IMG/VR virus record: IMGVR_UViG_3300027805_000006
DNA length: 64,000 bases
Source: a virus
Taxonomy: Duplodnaviria > Caudoviricetes
Reading direction: 5' to 3' (one strand)
Shown here: piece after piece, positions 44,651 through 56,500 of the stretch
How positions within the stretch are numbered: the stretch's first letter is position 1
Layout: the number at the start of each line of letters is the position of its first letter
Made by a program: the position numbers and the translations under genes
The notes under the pieces: model-generated
Seen by the model: only the letters and a program-made list of their open reading frames with translations
What the model was told of the DNA's origin: nothing
Database searches by the model: none

Positions 44651-47600
44651 ATGGCACAACAACCTGATTACGTTCTACCTTTCAACAATCTGATTCAGTA
44701 TGTTCCCAAGAACCTGAGGAACAGCGTCGTAACGGGATTGTTGGATAATCTGTTCAACCGGTTCATGACTAGAGATGAATCTGTTCCACTATACGGGTAT
44801 ATTGGAAAGAAGCCCAGTGCTGAGGAAGATAAATCTCCAAAAATTACCCAACTTACAGTAGAGCGTGATATCAATGCTATTACGCCAGTTCTCAACTTTA
44901 AGGTTGGCAGTGAGCATATTCCATTTACATTCCAAGACATTCTGAAAAAAGCAGAGCGACTTGGAATTGATGCAAATTCACAAAACTGGCTGTACAGCCA
45001 GGGCAATAACTTTAAGCCACCTGTAGACTTTGACAAGTTTGTAAATTTCTACAAGTACTACTGGATAGGAAAGGCAATTGATGCTATTCCAGAAATGGAA
45101 TGGAATCCTGAACTACTTCCAGAATACTATGTCATTAAAAAGCCAGCACTTACAGATTTAGTAAAACTAAATGTGCGTGTATCGTCTGGACCACTTGATT
45201 CATATGTACTAACTGGCTCAGGATTCTTAGACCAGTCATTTACCGTACAGTTTCTTGACGCATATAACTTTACAATTACTCCTTCTGCAGCGCTACAGGG
45301 ACCAGGAGGTTTATATTCTCCCATTCCTGCTTCCTACAATCTGCCTATACTGCCAACCGGTATTGTTAATCCTGCTGATGATGAGAGACCATTTTCCTAT
45401 CAGGTCACTGGTCCTCAAGGCACCTTTACCCTACTTGAATTTAAAATTACACGTGAGCCAACTTTTGATAGTTTTGGCACACATGATGGCTGGACAAGTT
45501 ATGTTGCAGCAGACACCATAGCAATCGATACTACATTTCTCACTGATGCCTATTCACTAAATTTTTCAGGCTCACTTGGAATAAAGCCAAAAATAAGTGG
45601 AGTTCAAGCACTAGATGTCTTTCAAACAATAGACGGAGTTCAACTTCGTGAAGGTGATAGAGTTTTAATTCAGGCACCAGCGCCCATAAGCGGAATTTAT
45701 ATTGTTTCAAAGCAAGTGTGGACGCGTGCCCCTGACTTTGATACTGATACCTGGTCAATTGGCGCAAGAACATTTACTGAACTAGGTACTCTATATGGCG
45801 GAAAAGTTTGGGAATCATTGGGTGCGCCGAGTGCGTGGGGTTGGATTGACACTGGGCTAACTGAAAGTTTGACCAATGATTGGCAGGAAGGCAACCTTTG
45901 GCTAAAGGGAAGTGAAGTTGATGCCCTTGGAATTCCAAGATCAAATATAATTCAAGCAACACGCCCAATTATTGAATATTACGCAGATGTCCAATTAAAT
46001 TCTCGCGTTGTTGATGGTGTTGCACAAGACAGTGAATTACTAGGAAGCAACTACAAGCAAGAAAAAAGTGAGTTTAATCAACTTCCACTGTTTGACCTTT
46101 TCACATATGATAATCACCATTCAGGTTTAGTCAGTTCAATTTTCTATTATGAAGAAGACCCAACAGCAGAAGTAGATGTGGCACTACAGAGAAGAATAAG
46201 ACGAAGCACCAACGAAAGTGCTGACTTTATATTCAATCATGGCTGTGTAGATAATGACCAACGAATTTTATTTTTCAAACAAGATAACCTTCTAAAAACT
46301 ATTTGGTTAGCAGGTTATAACTCCCCAAGCACAGTTGATGTCACATTTAATGGCAGTGGTGATGGTGCCATCACCACTGTTACACCAAGTGAATTTACAC
46401 AGCAGCAAATTTGGACTTTGACAGCGACTGGACCAACAACGTTTGATATATCTGGCTCAAAGATGGTTGAACTACCAGTGCCATTCAATCAGGTGGTGGT
46501 TGGAATTGCATATGATAATGGAGAAATTTCATTTACCATAAATGCTGGAATTACACCATTTTCGGCTGGTGATACTTTCATTATTAGAATTGCAAATCTT
46601 GAGCGTCCTCGCTATGTTTTCAGAAATGAAGATAGCGTAGTAAATGACTTATTTGGTGGATACGCTGGTGATATTAATGGGATTGGTGCCTGGCAGTCAT
46701 CAAGAACATTTATTAACAACCCATACAATGAATCTCGCGCTGAAATTGCTGAAGGATCAATTTACTCTCACTTCCGAAGTATCCTTGGAAATCAAGTTGA
46801 GGGGCGACCAACAGATTATGCTTTTGGTGGAAATATAAAACTATGGAGTGAGCAGCACACTCTTCTAGCATCTCTATTAATGCAGAAGGACCTTACACCT
46901 GTTTCTGTGATTGACCTTGCCCAGCGCCTATATGATAATGCACTGAATGCTGTCAGAGATATCTACATGCAAAAGATTGTTGAATATTTTTCAACAAATG
47001 AAACTGTTACTAGTGATGGTACGCCTGCAGGAACAGCAAAAGTAGAATCGCTTCTTGAGTATGTCTTACAACTTCGTTCGCTTGATCATCAAGTAAGAAC
47101 AGTAATGTTTGACACAACGGCTGGTGTTTTAGGATTTCCAATTACGCTGCCTTCACTAGGAATTCTAGAGCCAGTTGTTCCAACATACATGTTTGATCCT
47201 GTTCTTGGAAGCACGCTGTTTATTCATCATGATGGACACGCCACGGTACCATTTGTGAATGATGAAACATTTAAACAGCAGATTTTTGGTGCATATGCTG
47301 GTAAAAATATTCTTAGGAGTGATGGTACAGAAACACCTGCCGTAGGTTCATTCTCTGCAACCCCACCTCCCGTTCCTTACAAAGGTGAATTTTGGCTACC
47401 ACCCACAGGTGAAGTTTATTCATTTGCCGTAGATTTTGATACTGAAGCCACACCTGATGCTTCCGTTGCAGGAACAGTTTGGTTTAAGAGAAGCAGTAGC
47501 CAATTGTATATTAGCAATGGCATTACATGGGATTTACAGCCAACGCACATAACATATTGGACCCAAGTTGATCTTGCAGCAACATTAAATGAGATGCTGT

Positions 47601-50600
47601 TGTTAGTAGAACAGCGTCTCTATGGTGATATAAACCAAAATCAACGAAGATACGATTTTTCTGCAATTGTGACAAATCAATCATTTCAAGAACAACTACG
47701 TCGCGAGTTATTCACATTTGCTGCTGTAAATGGTTTAGATCCACTTGGTACAAACTATGATGCTACTGACCCATTTACTTGGAATTATTCTCAATCAATT
47801 GCATTTGCGCCCGTAACAACTCCTACAGTTCCAGCACGTTGGTACAATGCCATGATGGCTCACCAACAGACATTTGTAGGGATTATTCCAACTGAGCGCC
47901 CAAATCTAGAACCTTGGAAACTTTTTGGTTTTTCTACTTTTAGCGCATGGTGGTCATCACTGACACCGCTACAGCAAGTAGCATACACACCTTTTGCCAC
48001 ACCTGATGATTTACTAGATGGTACATTTATAAATGGTGGCTCTGTTCGTGCTGTTGAAACTAATACATCTGCATCTACCACATTATTTGGTCTGACAACT
48101 ATCGATGATGTGGCATTGTCAAGTGGTGATGTTGTTCTACTAACTTCTGAGGTGCTACCACAAAATAATGGTGCCTGGATTGTTTCACCCGGACCTTGGG
48201 CTAGGACTGCCGCCCCATTGGCGTTTAAGACGTTCTTTAATGTTGAGCAGGGCAACTCACAAGCAGGTACAGTTTGGGCGCTGACAGGTACCGTTGCAGC
48301 CGTTGGTACAGATCCAGTCAATATTGCTCAGGTACGGGCATGGAGTACCGAAATGTGGGTAGATATTTTGGCTATTTACCCAACTCTAAGGCTAAGCGTA
48401 AATCCATGGACAGATGCCTTGCTACCACCATATATTAAGCAATGGTTTATTGAGCCAACAATTGCACCAGCAACTCCTGGTGTAACAAATCAAATTGCAT
48501 CTTTTGCACTAACAAATTCTATTCCTCCTGGAGTTGCTGCTCCTTATCAGTTTGGTGAAGGAAGCCCAGTGGAAGAAGTATGGTCACGTTCAATTGACTA
48601 TGGTTATTCTAAAGCAAAAGCGCTATTTAGATTTGACCCACTCGCGTTCCTGGGTTTCTGCTGGGGCTTTAATTGGGTAGAAGTTGATGGCATCCTCTAC
48701 GATGGATATGACCTAAACATGCCACGCCACCAGTACTTCAAGTTGCACGGTGAGCCTCTGAAGAGTATTGATAGGACAACGGCATTTAACTTTACTTCGG
48801 TAACAGGAACTTCTGCAGTTGATCTTACCATTCAATATGATGCATATGACATAAACAGGCGTCAGAACTTCAGCGTGAGAACAGCAGATGGCACAATTAT
48901 TGGATACGTACAAGAAGGGCTTTCTAACATCTTCTCTGCTTCTGGCATAACTATGCTTTCATCCAGTTTCTTTATTGAAGATAAAGGCTATCCATTTAAG
49001 ATGGGTGATAAGGTAAGAGTAACTGCAAATGCCGACGGAACAAATCTTCAGGTGGTATTTACTCCTGCAATCTATCATCAAATTTACGGTTTTGGTCAAA
49101 TTTTTACAAACTCTCTAAGAGAAATTTCCACTGACACAACCACCAGTTATGCAATAAATGCATTTAGAGAATGGGATGTAAACATGGGTCACCGGGCTGG
49201 TGGCTTAATAGCAACTGATGACCTAAAGATTTTTACTGAAACAAGTACTCTTAGCCCAGCGTCTTATTCTTTGTTGTTTAAAAAGAATGACGGCATGAAA
49301 AGCATATGGTTACAGGGCTTAAGAATTACGGTACAGCAATATGGAACCGTTGCAATTCAAAATGGTTTCCAGATGAACTACCCAGCAGGTGATGGTAGTG
49401 ATTGGTCATTTAGAATAGAAGGGTATAATCCAAGATTTTTAGACATCACATACTATACATTCTCACCTACATCTGCTAGACAGACATTCTATGCTCTTGA
49501 CCAGTCTGCAACGAATTTGGCTTGGACGCAACCTCTTGAGAAGAATGCTACTGTTACGACACAACTACCACAGACAATAACTGGCATACAGAATGTTCTT
49601 GACTTCCTATTTGGGTATGCACAATATACTGAAGACCAAGGCTGGGAATTTACGTATATTGATGGAACAAATATAGATGCTGAAACTGGAAGAAATAGAG
49701 ACTGGCAACTTGAATTCGAAAAATTTGTTGATAGAGTGTATAGAGGAATAGACCCAGGACAGGGTGTTATTGTCAATCCATTTATTGATCAAGTACAAGT
49801 TAAACAGTCTTCTGGGCTGCTTGGAACATTTGGGAATGAGGTGTTGTTTGATATCTACAGCCATGCTGCCGTATTTGATATTAACGGAAGTAAGTTAAGT
49901 AAGAATGACGTATTTGTTTCTAGAACAAATCAAAAATCACACATCGATGCAGTATCCCCAATGTTTTCAATACATGCGTTGATTGATGAATTTGAGCATC
50001 TGTTTGTTTTTGAAAACTATGTTGATCCCTCAGAAAGCAATGGGGTGCTATATGACCCATTTTCTGGTGCTCGTACAGTAACATATAAGTTTAATGGTAG
50101 AAAACAAATCGGCGGCACCCTCAGACCTGAGTTTGGTGGTTACTATCTAGTTGGAAATGAAGTTAAGCAGAACCTTCAGGCAAGTACAGATAACCTTGCT
50201 GCGCTATATGATGCAAATGAAGTTTTTGAAAACACAAAAACAACTAAGAATGCGCTTGCTCTTTTAGGCTTCAACACAAAAGACTACTTTACCAGTCTTG
50301 ATATTACTGACCGTTCACAGTTTAATTTCTGGAGAGGGCTGATACAGTCGAAGGGAACCAATATGTCCATCGACGCGTATCTGAACAACAACCGCTTCAA
50401 AGATGCAAAACTTGACGAATATTGGGCTTATAAGATTGCTGAATACGGTGATGCGCGTCAGAAGACCTTCCCTGAACTTCGTGTTCAGGTGCAGGACTGC
50501 CTGCAGCAGTTCACTCAACTCCAGTTTGATGCCGCGGTTGAACTTCCCAACTTTACCCAGATTACACGCTTTGACGAACACCGCTGGTTCACAATTGATG

Positions 50601-53572
50601 ACCTAAATCAAGACACCTTCTTTAAGGCAGAACCAGTTGGTAGTTTCTCCAAAACGGTTACTATGAATGAGATAGTTCAACTACCATTCATTGCAGATGC
50701 CCTAATCATTTCTGGCTCTGTCACACAGCTAAATGCAGCTTCTTTACTTGCGACTGCTAATGGAACGATAACAATTACCGGTTATGGAGCAGCAACACCA
50801 CGCTATAATCCAATAAAATTGTTTAACTATGAAGACGATGAACTAGTTGAAGAAATTCCACTATGGCACCCTGCTACTGGAAAGCACTCACCTGTTGCAC
50901 TAGAATCAGTTAATATTATTAGTTCTGAAAATCCTGCAAAGTACAACTATTCAACACTGCTAATTAATAATCCTGCATACGATGCACTTCGTGCTTGGGG
51001 AGATAAAGAGGTAGGAAGAATTTGGTTTAACACAAAAAATTTGTTCTATGTCCCTTATTATGATTCATTTGTTTTCCCAAATAGAGCAGAAAGACTAAGC
51101 CGCTGGGGAGCACTTGCCGATTATGCAACTATTGATGTTTATGAGTGGGTAAAATCTGCCGTGCCACCATCTGAGTACGATGCTCTTGCACGAATTGACG
51201 CCGGCAATGCAGATATTGATGACACTGTAAAAGCATCTGGGCAAGTTGCGCTTGAGGAACTTTATGCCCGTGATAGAATTTATAAGATTGCACCTGTCGC
51301 TTGGTCATTTTCACCTGTTGCAACTGATGTTGATTGGGGTGATAGACCACCTATGAAGTACAGCGGTGACATTACAAACTCTGTTGGATTAGTTGTAAAC
51401 GGTGAATTCATATTCTTAGACACCGGCTCATTTGCGCAACTGGGTATCATTTCTGGAGATAGAGTTGGCACTTGGCAACATGGAGTTTCTCCTGGACCAT
51501 TATCAGAGGGTGTTATAAATGATACCTTCCAGCAACTACTTCTGGACAGTTCATCTGGAACATCACTTGCACCAATACCAACTACTGTTATTTCAAGCGT
51601 GGGTCCTGATGATTTTACTTGTTCAGTTTCAGTTGAGGCTGTTTCTTACCCAGATACCCGCTTTATTGGAGAGATAGCAGTTACCCAAGAACAAGATGTA
51701 AATCAGTTAACTGATATTGATGGCAATCTAATTGCGCTTTGGGACCACAACTTCTATATTCGCGTGACAGAGGTATCAACTGGCGAATATTCTCGTTTTC
51801 TTGCGTATACAATTAGAATTGCTGGTTCAGGGTCTGGTACCGCTCTTGACCCATTCGTACAGGACCCATTAGTAACTTCAGTGACCAATGGTTCAATTTA
51901 TGACTATACTATAACTGAACTTGGTTTAAGATTTAGGGTGGTGTCATCTACAACTGGTATAGTTGATGGTGATTTTGCGGTAAGAGCAATAGGGCAGGCA
52001 TATGGAACAAACACCCTACTTATTAAAGACGCTGTCACTGTAAATTGGATTATTGCAGCAGAAGATGGTCAATATACAAATGATACCACAGATACACTGT
52101 ACGCATATAACAATGAGATTGGCTGGCGTGTATGGAATGTTCCAACACAGGCTGAATTGAACAGTGATGGTAAACAACCAAGCAGCAGTTGGAAACCATA
52201 TGTTGGAGAGGCAAAGGAGTTCTATCCTACTTTTGATGACCTGCAGGAAGCAGTTGAGTACACAGAAAATCCGCTCACATTAAACGATGGGACAGTAGTA
52301 CCAAGATACCTAAGTGATTGGACAGAGTGGGAAAAACTACAGGATATAAAGGTCTCAAGAATTTCAGCAACAACTGCTGATATGCTATTCAATATTTCTG
52401 AGTTTGATTTTTCACTCACCAAGTTTGATGTTAGCCGCACCGCAGTCTATGTAAATGGAATTGCTCAGTTGAAAGCAGCATATGAAATATCTGGTGGAGA
52501 ACTTACCGTTCTGAATGTGCAGCAAGGGTTCACTGTAGATATAATTATGCGCAAGTATAATCCACCTGCATCTGAACTGGGATTCAATCCAGATGTCGAA
52601 GATGACCTGTCATTCAGGAGACAATACAAGAAGGACTATGAATATGTTGCACAGGAAGTGAGAGATAAGGATGGAAACCTAAACACCATCTACTATTACT
52701 TCTGGGTAAAAAATAAGTCAACAGTTGCAACTGGAAAGAAAATGTCTGTACAGGCCATAACAGACAATTTAAGAACCGGTCCTGTAAACTTCCTTACGTT
52801 CCAGAATATTCTTCCAGCACAGACGGTTCCAACAATTCTGCCTTGGAGATATGATGCTATCACAATTTCTGGTCTGTCTTATGTTGTTACTAAGGATGAT
52901 ACCTTCAAACTCAGATTTACCAGAAACTTTACTCTTAGAGACGACCCAAATGAACTTGACTTGAAGAATACTCACACAGAATGGGGGCTAATTAGACCTG
53001 CCCAGAAGTCAAAGATCCCTGAGAAATTATGGTTGAAGTTAGTTGATAGCATGGCAGGACTAGATGCTGCTTTAAATCCAGTTCCTTCTTTGCGTCGAGT
53101 TCTTTATGATGAAAGAAATGGAACAACTACAAGGTATGGCTTTGGTAATGAGCAAACTCTTGCTCCTTCTAATTTGCTCAGGTCATCAGTTTCTTACACT
53201 ATAGTAAATACTAAACAAACTGAAGAAACAATGACAGAAATAGTGCCTGACTATATTGAATTTATTGATGCGGTGGTTGATATTGCATCAACAGATGAAT
53301 ATGATAACCCGATTGAAAAGCAGGAAGCAAAGAAAACAAAGGCACTTCAGGTTGAGCAAGTATTCTTCTCAACATCTGCCCAGATAAGATCAACAATGAC
53401 TGATATTTGGACATCAGCATCTGTTGCCCAAATTAATGAAATTTTCTTTGCCGCGCTTGAGGACATACTGGCAAGTAACTTTGAACTTACCGATATTTTC
53501 AAGACATCAAGGCTTTCCATTTATTCAATTCAAGAAAAACGCGCCGGAAACGTAGTACCAACATATGAATAA
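44651..53572 (+). CDS. Giant virion structural protein (2973 aa; probable gp7-like baseplate component)
   Basis: Follows the gp6-like gene. The N-terminus (P...DFDKF.N...YYW) is of the kind seen in jumbo-phage baseplate proteins, and it carries fibre-type modules. Confidence 0.7.
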   Translation: MAQQPDYVLPFNNLIQYVPKNLRNSVVTGLLDNLFNRFMTRDESVPLYGYIGKKPSAEEDKSPKITQLTVERDINAITPVLNFKVGSEHIPFTFQDILKKAERLGIDANSQNWLYSQGNNFKPPVDFDKFVNFYKYYWIGKAIDAIPEMEWNPELLPEYYVIKKPALTDLVKLNVRVSSGPLDSYVLTGSGFLDQSFTVQFLDAYNFTITPSAALQGPGGLYSPIPASYNLPILPTGIVNPADDERPFSYQVTGPQGTFTLLEFKITREPTFDSFGTHDGWTSYVAADTIAIDTTFLTDAYSLNFSGSLGIKPKISGVQALDVFQTIDGVQLREGDRVLIQAPAPISGIYIVSKQVWTRAPDFDTDTWSIGARTFTELGTLYGGKVWESLGAPSAWGWIDTGLTESLTNDWQEGNLWLKGSEVDALGIPRSNIIQATRPIIEYYADVQLNSRVVDGVAQDSELLGSNYKQEKSEFNQLPLFDLFTYDNHHSGLVSSIFYYEEDPTAEVDVALQRRIRRSTNESADFIFNHGCVDNDQRILFFKQDNLLKTIWLAGYNSPSTVDVTFNGSGDGAITTVTPSEFTQQQIWTLTATGPTTFDISGSKMVELPVPFNQVVVGIAYDNGEISFTINAGITPFSAGDTFIIRIANLERPRYVFRNEDSVVNDLFGGYAGDINGIGAWQSSRTFINNPYNESRAEIAEGSIYSHFRSILGNQVEGRPTDYAFGGNIKLWSEQHTLLASLLMQKDLTPVSVIDLAQRLYDNALNAVRDIYMQKIVEYFSTNETVTSDGTPAGTAKVESLLEYVLQLRSLDHQVRTVMFDTTAGVLGFPITLPSLGILEPVVPTYMFDPVLGSTLFIHHDGHATVPFVNDETFKQQIFGAYAGKNILRSDGTETPAVGSFSATPPPVPYKGEFWLPPTGEVYSFAVDFDTEATPDASVAGTVWFKRSSSQLYISNGITWDLQPTHITYWTQVDLAATLNEMLLLVEQRLYGDINQNQRRYDFSAIVTNQSFQEQLRRELFTFAAVNGLDPLGTNYDATDPFTWNYSQSIAFAPVTTPTVPARWYNAMMAHQQTFVGIIPTERPNLEPWKLFGFSTFSAWWSSLTPLQQVAYTPFATPDDLLDGTFINGGSVRAVETNTSASTTLFGLTTIDDVALSSGDVVLLTSEVLPQNNGAWIVSPGPWARTAAPLAFKTFFNVEQGNSQAGTVWALTGTVAAVGTDPVNIAQVRAWSTEMWVDILAIYPTLRLSVNPWTDALLPPYIKQWFIEPTIAPATPGVTNQIASFALTNSIPPGVAAPYQFGEGSPVEEVWSRSIDYGYSKAKALFRFDPLAFLGFCWGFNWVEVDGILYDGYDLNMPRHQYFKLHGEPLKSIDRTTAFNFTSVTGTSAVDLTIQYDAYDINRRQNFSVRTADGTIIGYVQEGLSNIFSASGITMLSSSFFIEDKGYPFKMGDKVRVTANADGTNLQVVFTPAIYHQIYGFGQIFTNSLREISTDTTTSYAINAFREWDVNMGHRAGGLIATDDLKIFTETSTLSPASYSLLFKKNDGMKSIWLQGLRITVQQYGTVAIQNGFQMNYPAGDGSDWSFRIEGYNPRFLDITYYTFSPTSARQTFYALDQSATNLAWTQPLEKNATVTTQLPQTITGIQNVLDFLFGYAQYTEDQGWEFTYIDGTNIDAETGRNRDWQLEFEKFVDRVYRGIDPGQGVIVNPFIDQVQVKQSSGLLGTFGNEVLFDIYSHAAVFDINGSKLSKNDVFVSRTNQKSHIDAVSPMFSIHALIDEFEHLFVFENYVDPSESNGVLYDPFSGARTVTYKFNGRKQIGGTLRPEFGGYYLVGNEVKQNLQASTDNLAALYDANEVFENTKTTKNALALLGFNTKDYFTSLDITDRSQFNFWRGLIQSKGTNMSIDAYLNNNRFKDAKLDEYWAYKIAEYGDARQKTFPELRVQVQDCLQQFTQLQFDAAVELPNFTQITRFDEHRWFTIDDLNQDTFFKAEPVGSFSKTVTMNEIVQLPFIADALIISGSVTQLNAASLLATANGTITITGYGAATPRYNPIKLFNYEDDELVEEIPLWHPATGKHSPVALESVNIISSENPAKYNYSTLLINNPAYDALRAWGDKEVGRIWFNTKNLFYVPYYDSFVFPNRAERLSRWGALADYATIDVYEWVKSAVPPSEYDALARIDAGNADIDDTVKASGQVALEELYARDRIYKIAPVAWSFSPVATDVDWGDRPPMKYSGDITNSVGLVVNGEFIFLDTGSFAQLGIISGDRVGTWQHGVSPGPLSEGVINDTFQQLLLDSSSGTSLAPIPTTVISSVGPDDFTCSVSVEAVSYPDTRFIGEIAVTQEQDVNQLTDIDGNLIALWDHNFYIRVTEVSTGEYSRFLAYTIRIAGSGSGTALDPFVQDPLVTSVTNGSIYDYTITELGLRFRVVSSTTGIVDGDFAVRAIGQAYGTNTLLIKDAVTVNWIIAAEDGQYTNDTTDTLYAYNNEIGWRVWNVPTQAELNSDGKQPSSSWKPYVGEAKEFYPTFDDLQEAVEYTENPLTLNDGTVVPRYLSDWTEWEKLQDIKVSRISATTADMLFNISEFDFSLTKFDVSRTAVYVNGIAQLKAAYEISGGELTVLNVQQGFTVDIIMRKYNPPASELGFNPDVEDDLSFRRQYKKDYEYVAQEVRDKDGNLNTIYYYFWVKNKSTVATGKKMSVQAITDNLRTGPVNFLTFQNILPAQTVPTILPWRYDAITISGLSYVVTKDDTFKLRFTRNFTLRDDPNELDLKNTHTEWGLIRPAQKSKIPEKLWLKLVDSMAGLDAALNPVPSLRRVLYDERNGTTTRYGFGNEQTLAPSNLLRSSVSYTIVNTKQTEETMTEIVPDYIEFIDAVVDIASTDEYDNPIEKQEAKKTKALQVEQVFFSTSAQIRSTMTDIWTSASVAQINEIFFAALEDILASNFELTDIFKTSRLSIYSIQEKRAGNVVPTYE

Positions 53573-56500
53573 ACTGCTAAACAAAAGTTCAACGTATGTT
53601 CAAAGTCTAGTTGACTTTGCGCTTGACACTAAGCCATACCACTCAAAGATAACTGAAATTGCAGTTGAATATCAGTTTGAGGATACTATCAACGTAAAGA
53701 TGGAGGATTCAATCTTCAGCAGGTTGATGACGAAGGCAGCATGGGGATATAACTTCTTTTCAGATGCAAATCCGGCAAATAGGGCTTTTCCGCTCCAACG
53801 AGTTGTGTCTCCATTTATTTTCAGCAACTATAAAAATGATGATCCTCTAAATTCTCTTGGTGGCTTCAAGGTAGGAAGAGATGAAAACACTGATATGGCT
53901 TTAGTGCCAACTGTTTTCAACAAGAGAACTAGCGCCGGAATTTTTGACGCAAATATACAGAAAAGTGCTGGTAGTACTTTATCGCTTATTGAGGGACTTG
54001 ATTATTTCCATAACTATGGGTCAAACGAATTTAGAGTTTCTACACCAAGTCCAACCGAATTAGACCAAAATCGTAGGTGGCAGGAAACACGAGCAGAGAG
54101 TGTGGTGCTTACAACTACTCTTGCTCTTCAAAGTGTTGCTCTTGACGTACTAAACCCAAACAGCATAAACAGGCAAGTTAGGTCTTTACTTGGACAAATT
54201 GAAGTACATCTTGTTTCCTATCCAAATGCTGCTGCATCTGCTGAACTTGCAACACTAATATCTGCTGTTGATTTACCAAGTATGCCGACTTCGTATGAAG
54301 CACTGCTTAATTCGCTATGTACTACTTTCTATTTTAGCCAATCTATAGCATCAACGGTATGGAATATAACACATAATCTTGGCGGTGCACCAGATAATGT
54401 AATGATAAAGAATGAATTTGGTGCTGTAATTACACCTGCGTTTATCAGTAATACATCAGCAAATACTACAGTAGTCACATTTTCAGCCGCTACATCTGGT
54501 GATGCAATTCTTATAAAGAATATTACACCAGCGTTATCTGGATACTCAGGGTGGATTGGTCAAGATTCATATCCAACTCCGACGAGCAAGTATGTAAATG
54601 AAAAATTAAGTCAACTATCTCCCTCTCTATATTTCAATCATTTTTCTGATTTAAGATTAAGAGAAAATGGTGGTGCATTCTATGATGGAATAGTTGCTGC
54701 AGGCTTTACTATTTCAAATGTAGTGGCTGTATTTGGAACAGATTCAGATGAATGGACGCTAAAGGTCATTGACACCGTTCCTCAGGTTGTTTCAGTGACT
54801 GGAAAAAATTATGGGTTAATAGGGGCATTTGTTGTAGGTAGTTCATTTACAAGTCCCTATCTTACATTTGATAGCAGCACTTCTGCAGGTACACTAACGC
54901 TAGGTGATGAGTATATTCTAACTCCAGACGGCAAGATAGTTATTGACAATACTGCTCCGCTAGAAGTTTGGAATATTATCAAGACAAATCCACAATCATA
55001 TAGCAGACCTTCTTTTGTTTCTACTCGTTTTGGGTATATCCAAAGTGCAACTACAGTTATAGGTCAAGTAACTATTATTGATGGAACTATTCCAACTGGG
55101 ACAATAATTCTGACTGCTACATCTGGAACAACATTTAGTCTGTCAAGCACTATCGAGCCTTCATATACTGGATCTGTTACTGTTGGGGTTCCATTCAATG
55201 ATGGGCGTCTTCAGTTTACTATTATGGCAGGGTCAGCCCAGCCGTTTGCAGCTGGTGACCAGTTCCTAATAAACATCATAAATGAACCGCCACAGCATTT
55301 TGATCTAGGTCTTTACTATGGCTATGATCTTGACAGTTATGATAATCAGACTGTAGTTTATGAAAACCAGAATTCATCTGACCCGCTGTACAATGTGCCT
55401 TTAGATTTTAGATATGACAGCAGGTTCTTTGACTTTGATATCAATTCACTTGGTCTTGCCCTGACACAAGCAGTGGTAGATGGAAGACAATTCAAACTTA
55501 CCGCTGCGCCAGACGGAGCACCAATTGCAGTTCTGCAAAAGGATGGAAGTGGTCCTACTAATGTGATTGACCTTGCTGGACCAACTTCTGGAATTGCGCC
55601 TGACCCTTCGCTGACAAGTGTGCCAGTTGTTTCAATGCCTGGAGATCCAAATCCTTCTCCAGACCTTCAAGTATTCTATGCACAAACATTTGGCCTACAG
55701 TATTCTGATGATGGTGGAACCACTTGGTCAAGCGCAATATCTGTTCCAGTAAATGTTCCATACTCAAATGCTTCTCTTGGCATAAGTTTAACAATCCCAT
55801 TTACATCAAAGCCATTTATCGCAGTTACCAGCGATACTGGAATTAGTGGCGGTGATGTATTCTTCTTTAGAGTGACAAATCCTGGTCCAATACAAGACCC
55901 AATTCCAGCAATCTTTTCATCACCAAATGTGCCAAGAATTGCTATGTATGGTGAAGGGTTTTTCAACAGTCCTGCTGCCGATTGGACAATTACCTTTAAT
56001 TCGTCTGACCAGTACACGCTAACAGGCATATACACCACCGGCACTTTAGCAGGTTCAACTGTTACTGGATATCCAGTAACAGGAAATTTGAGTGTGCCTG
56101 GAGCATGGGTAAATCGAAATCTTACATATAAAGATGATTACCTATATTTTACCATTATTCCATCTATATTAGGTTTTGCTTCTGGTGATGAGTTCTATTT
56201 CAGCACATATGATGAAAAGCCGGCGGTGCTTGTGCATGGTTCTGTAAGTGGTTGGCAGCCAATGGCTGAATATGGTAAGTGGTACTGGAATGGAAAAATT
56301 GGATTTAAGATTGATGAGACATTGGCTATTGTCTTTAAGAATAATCAACCCATAGCATCTAGCGATGGTGATTATACACGAATTAGTGTAAGTCAAGTAC
56401 GTCCAGATACACCTTCACTTGTTTATACATTTAATAGGGTTGTTGATGGTAGTACCATAACCTTTATGGTTAACCGTTCTGATGTGGGTATTGTTGATTT

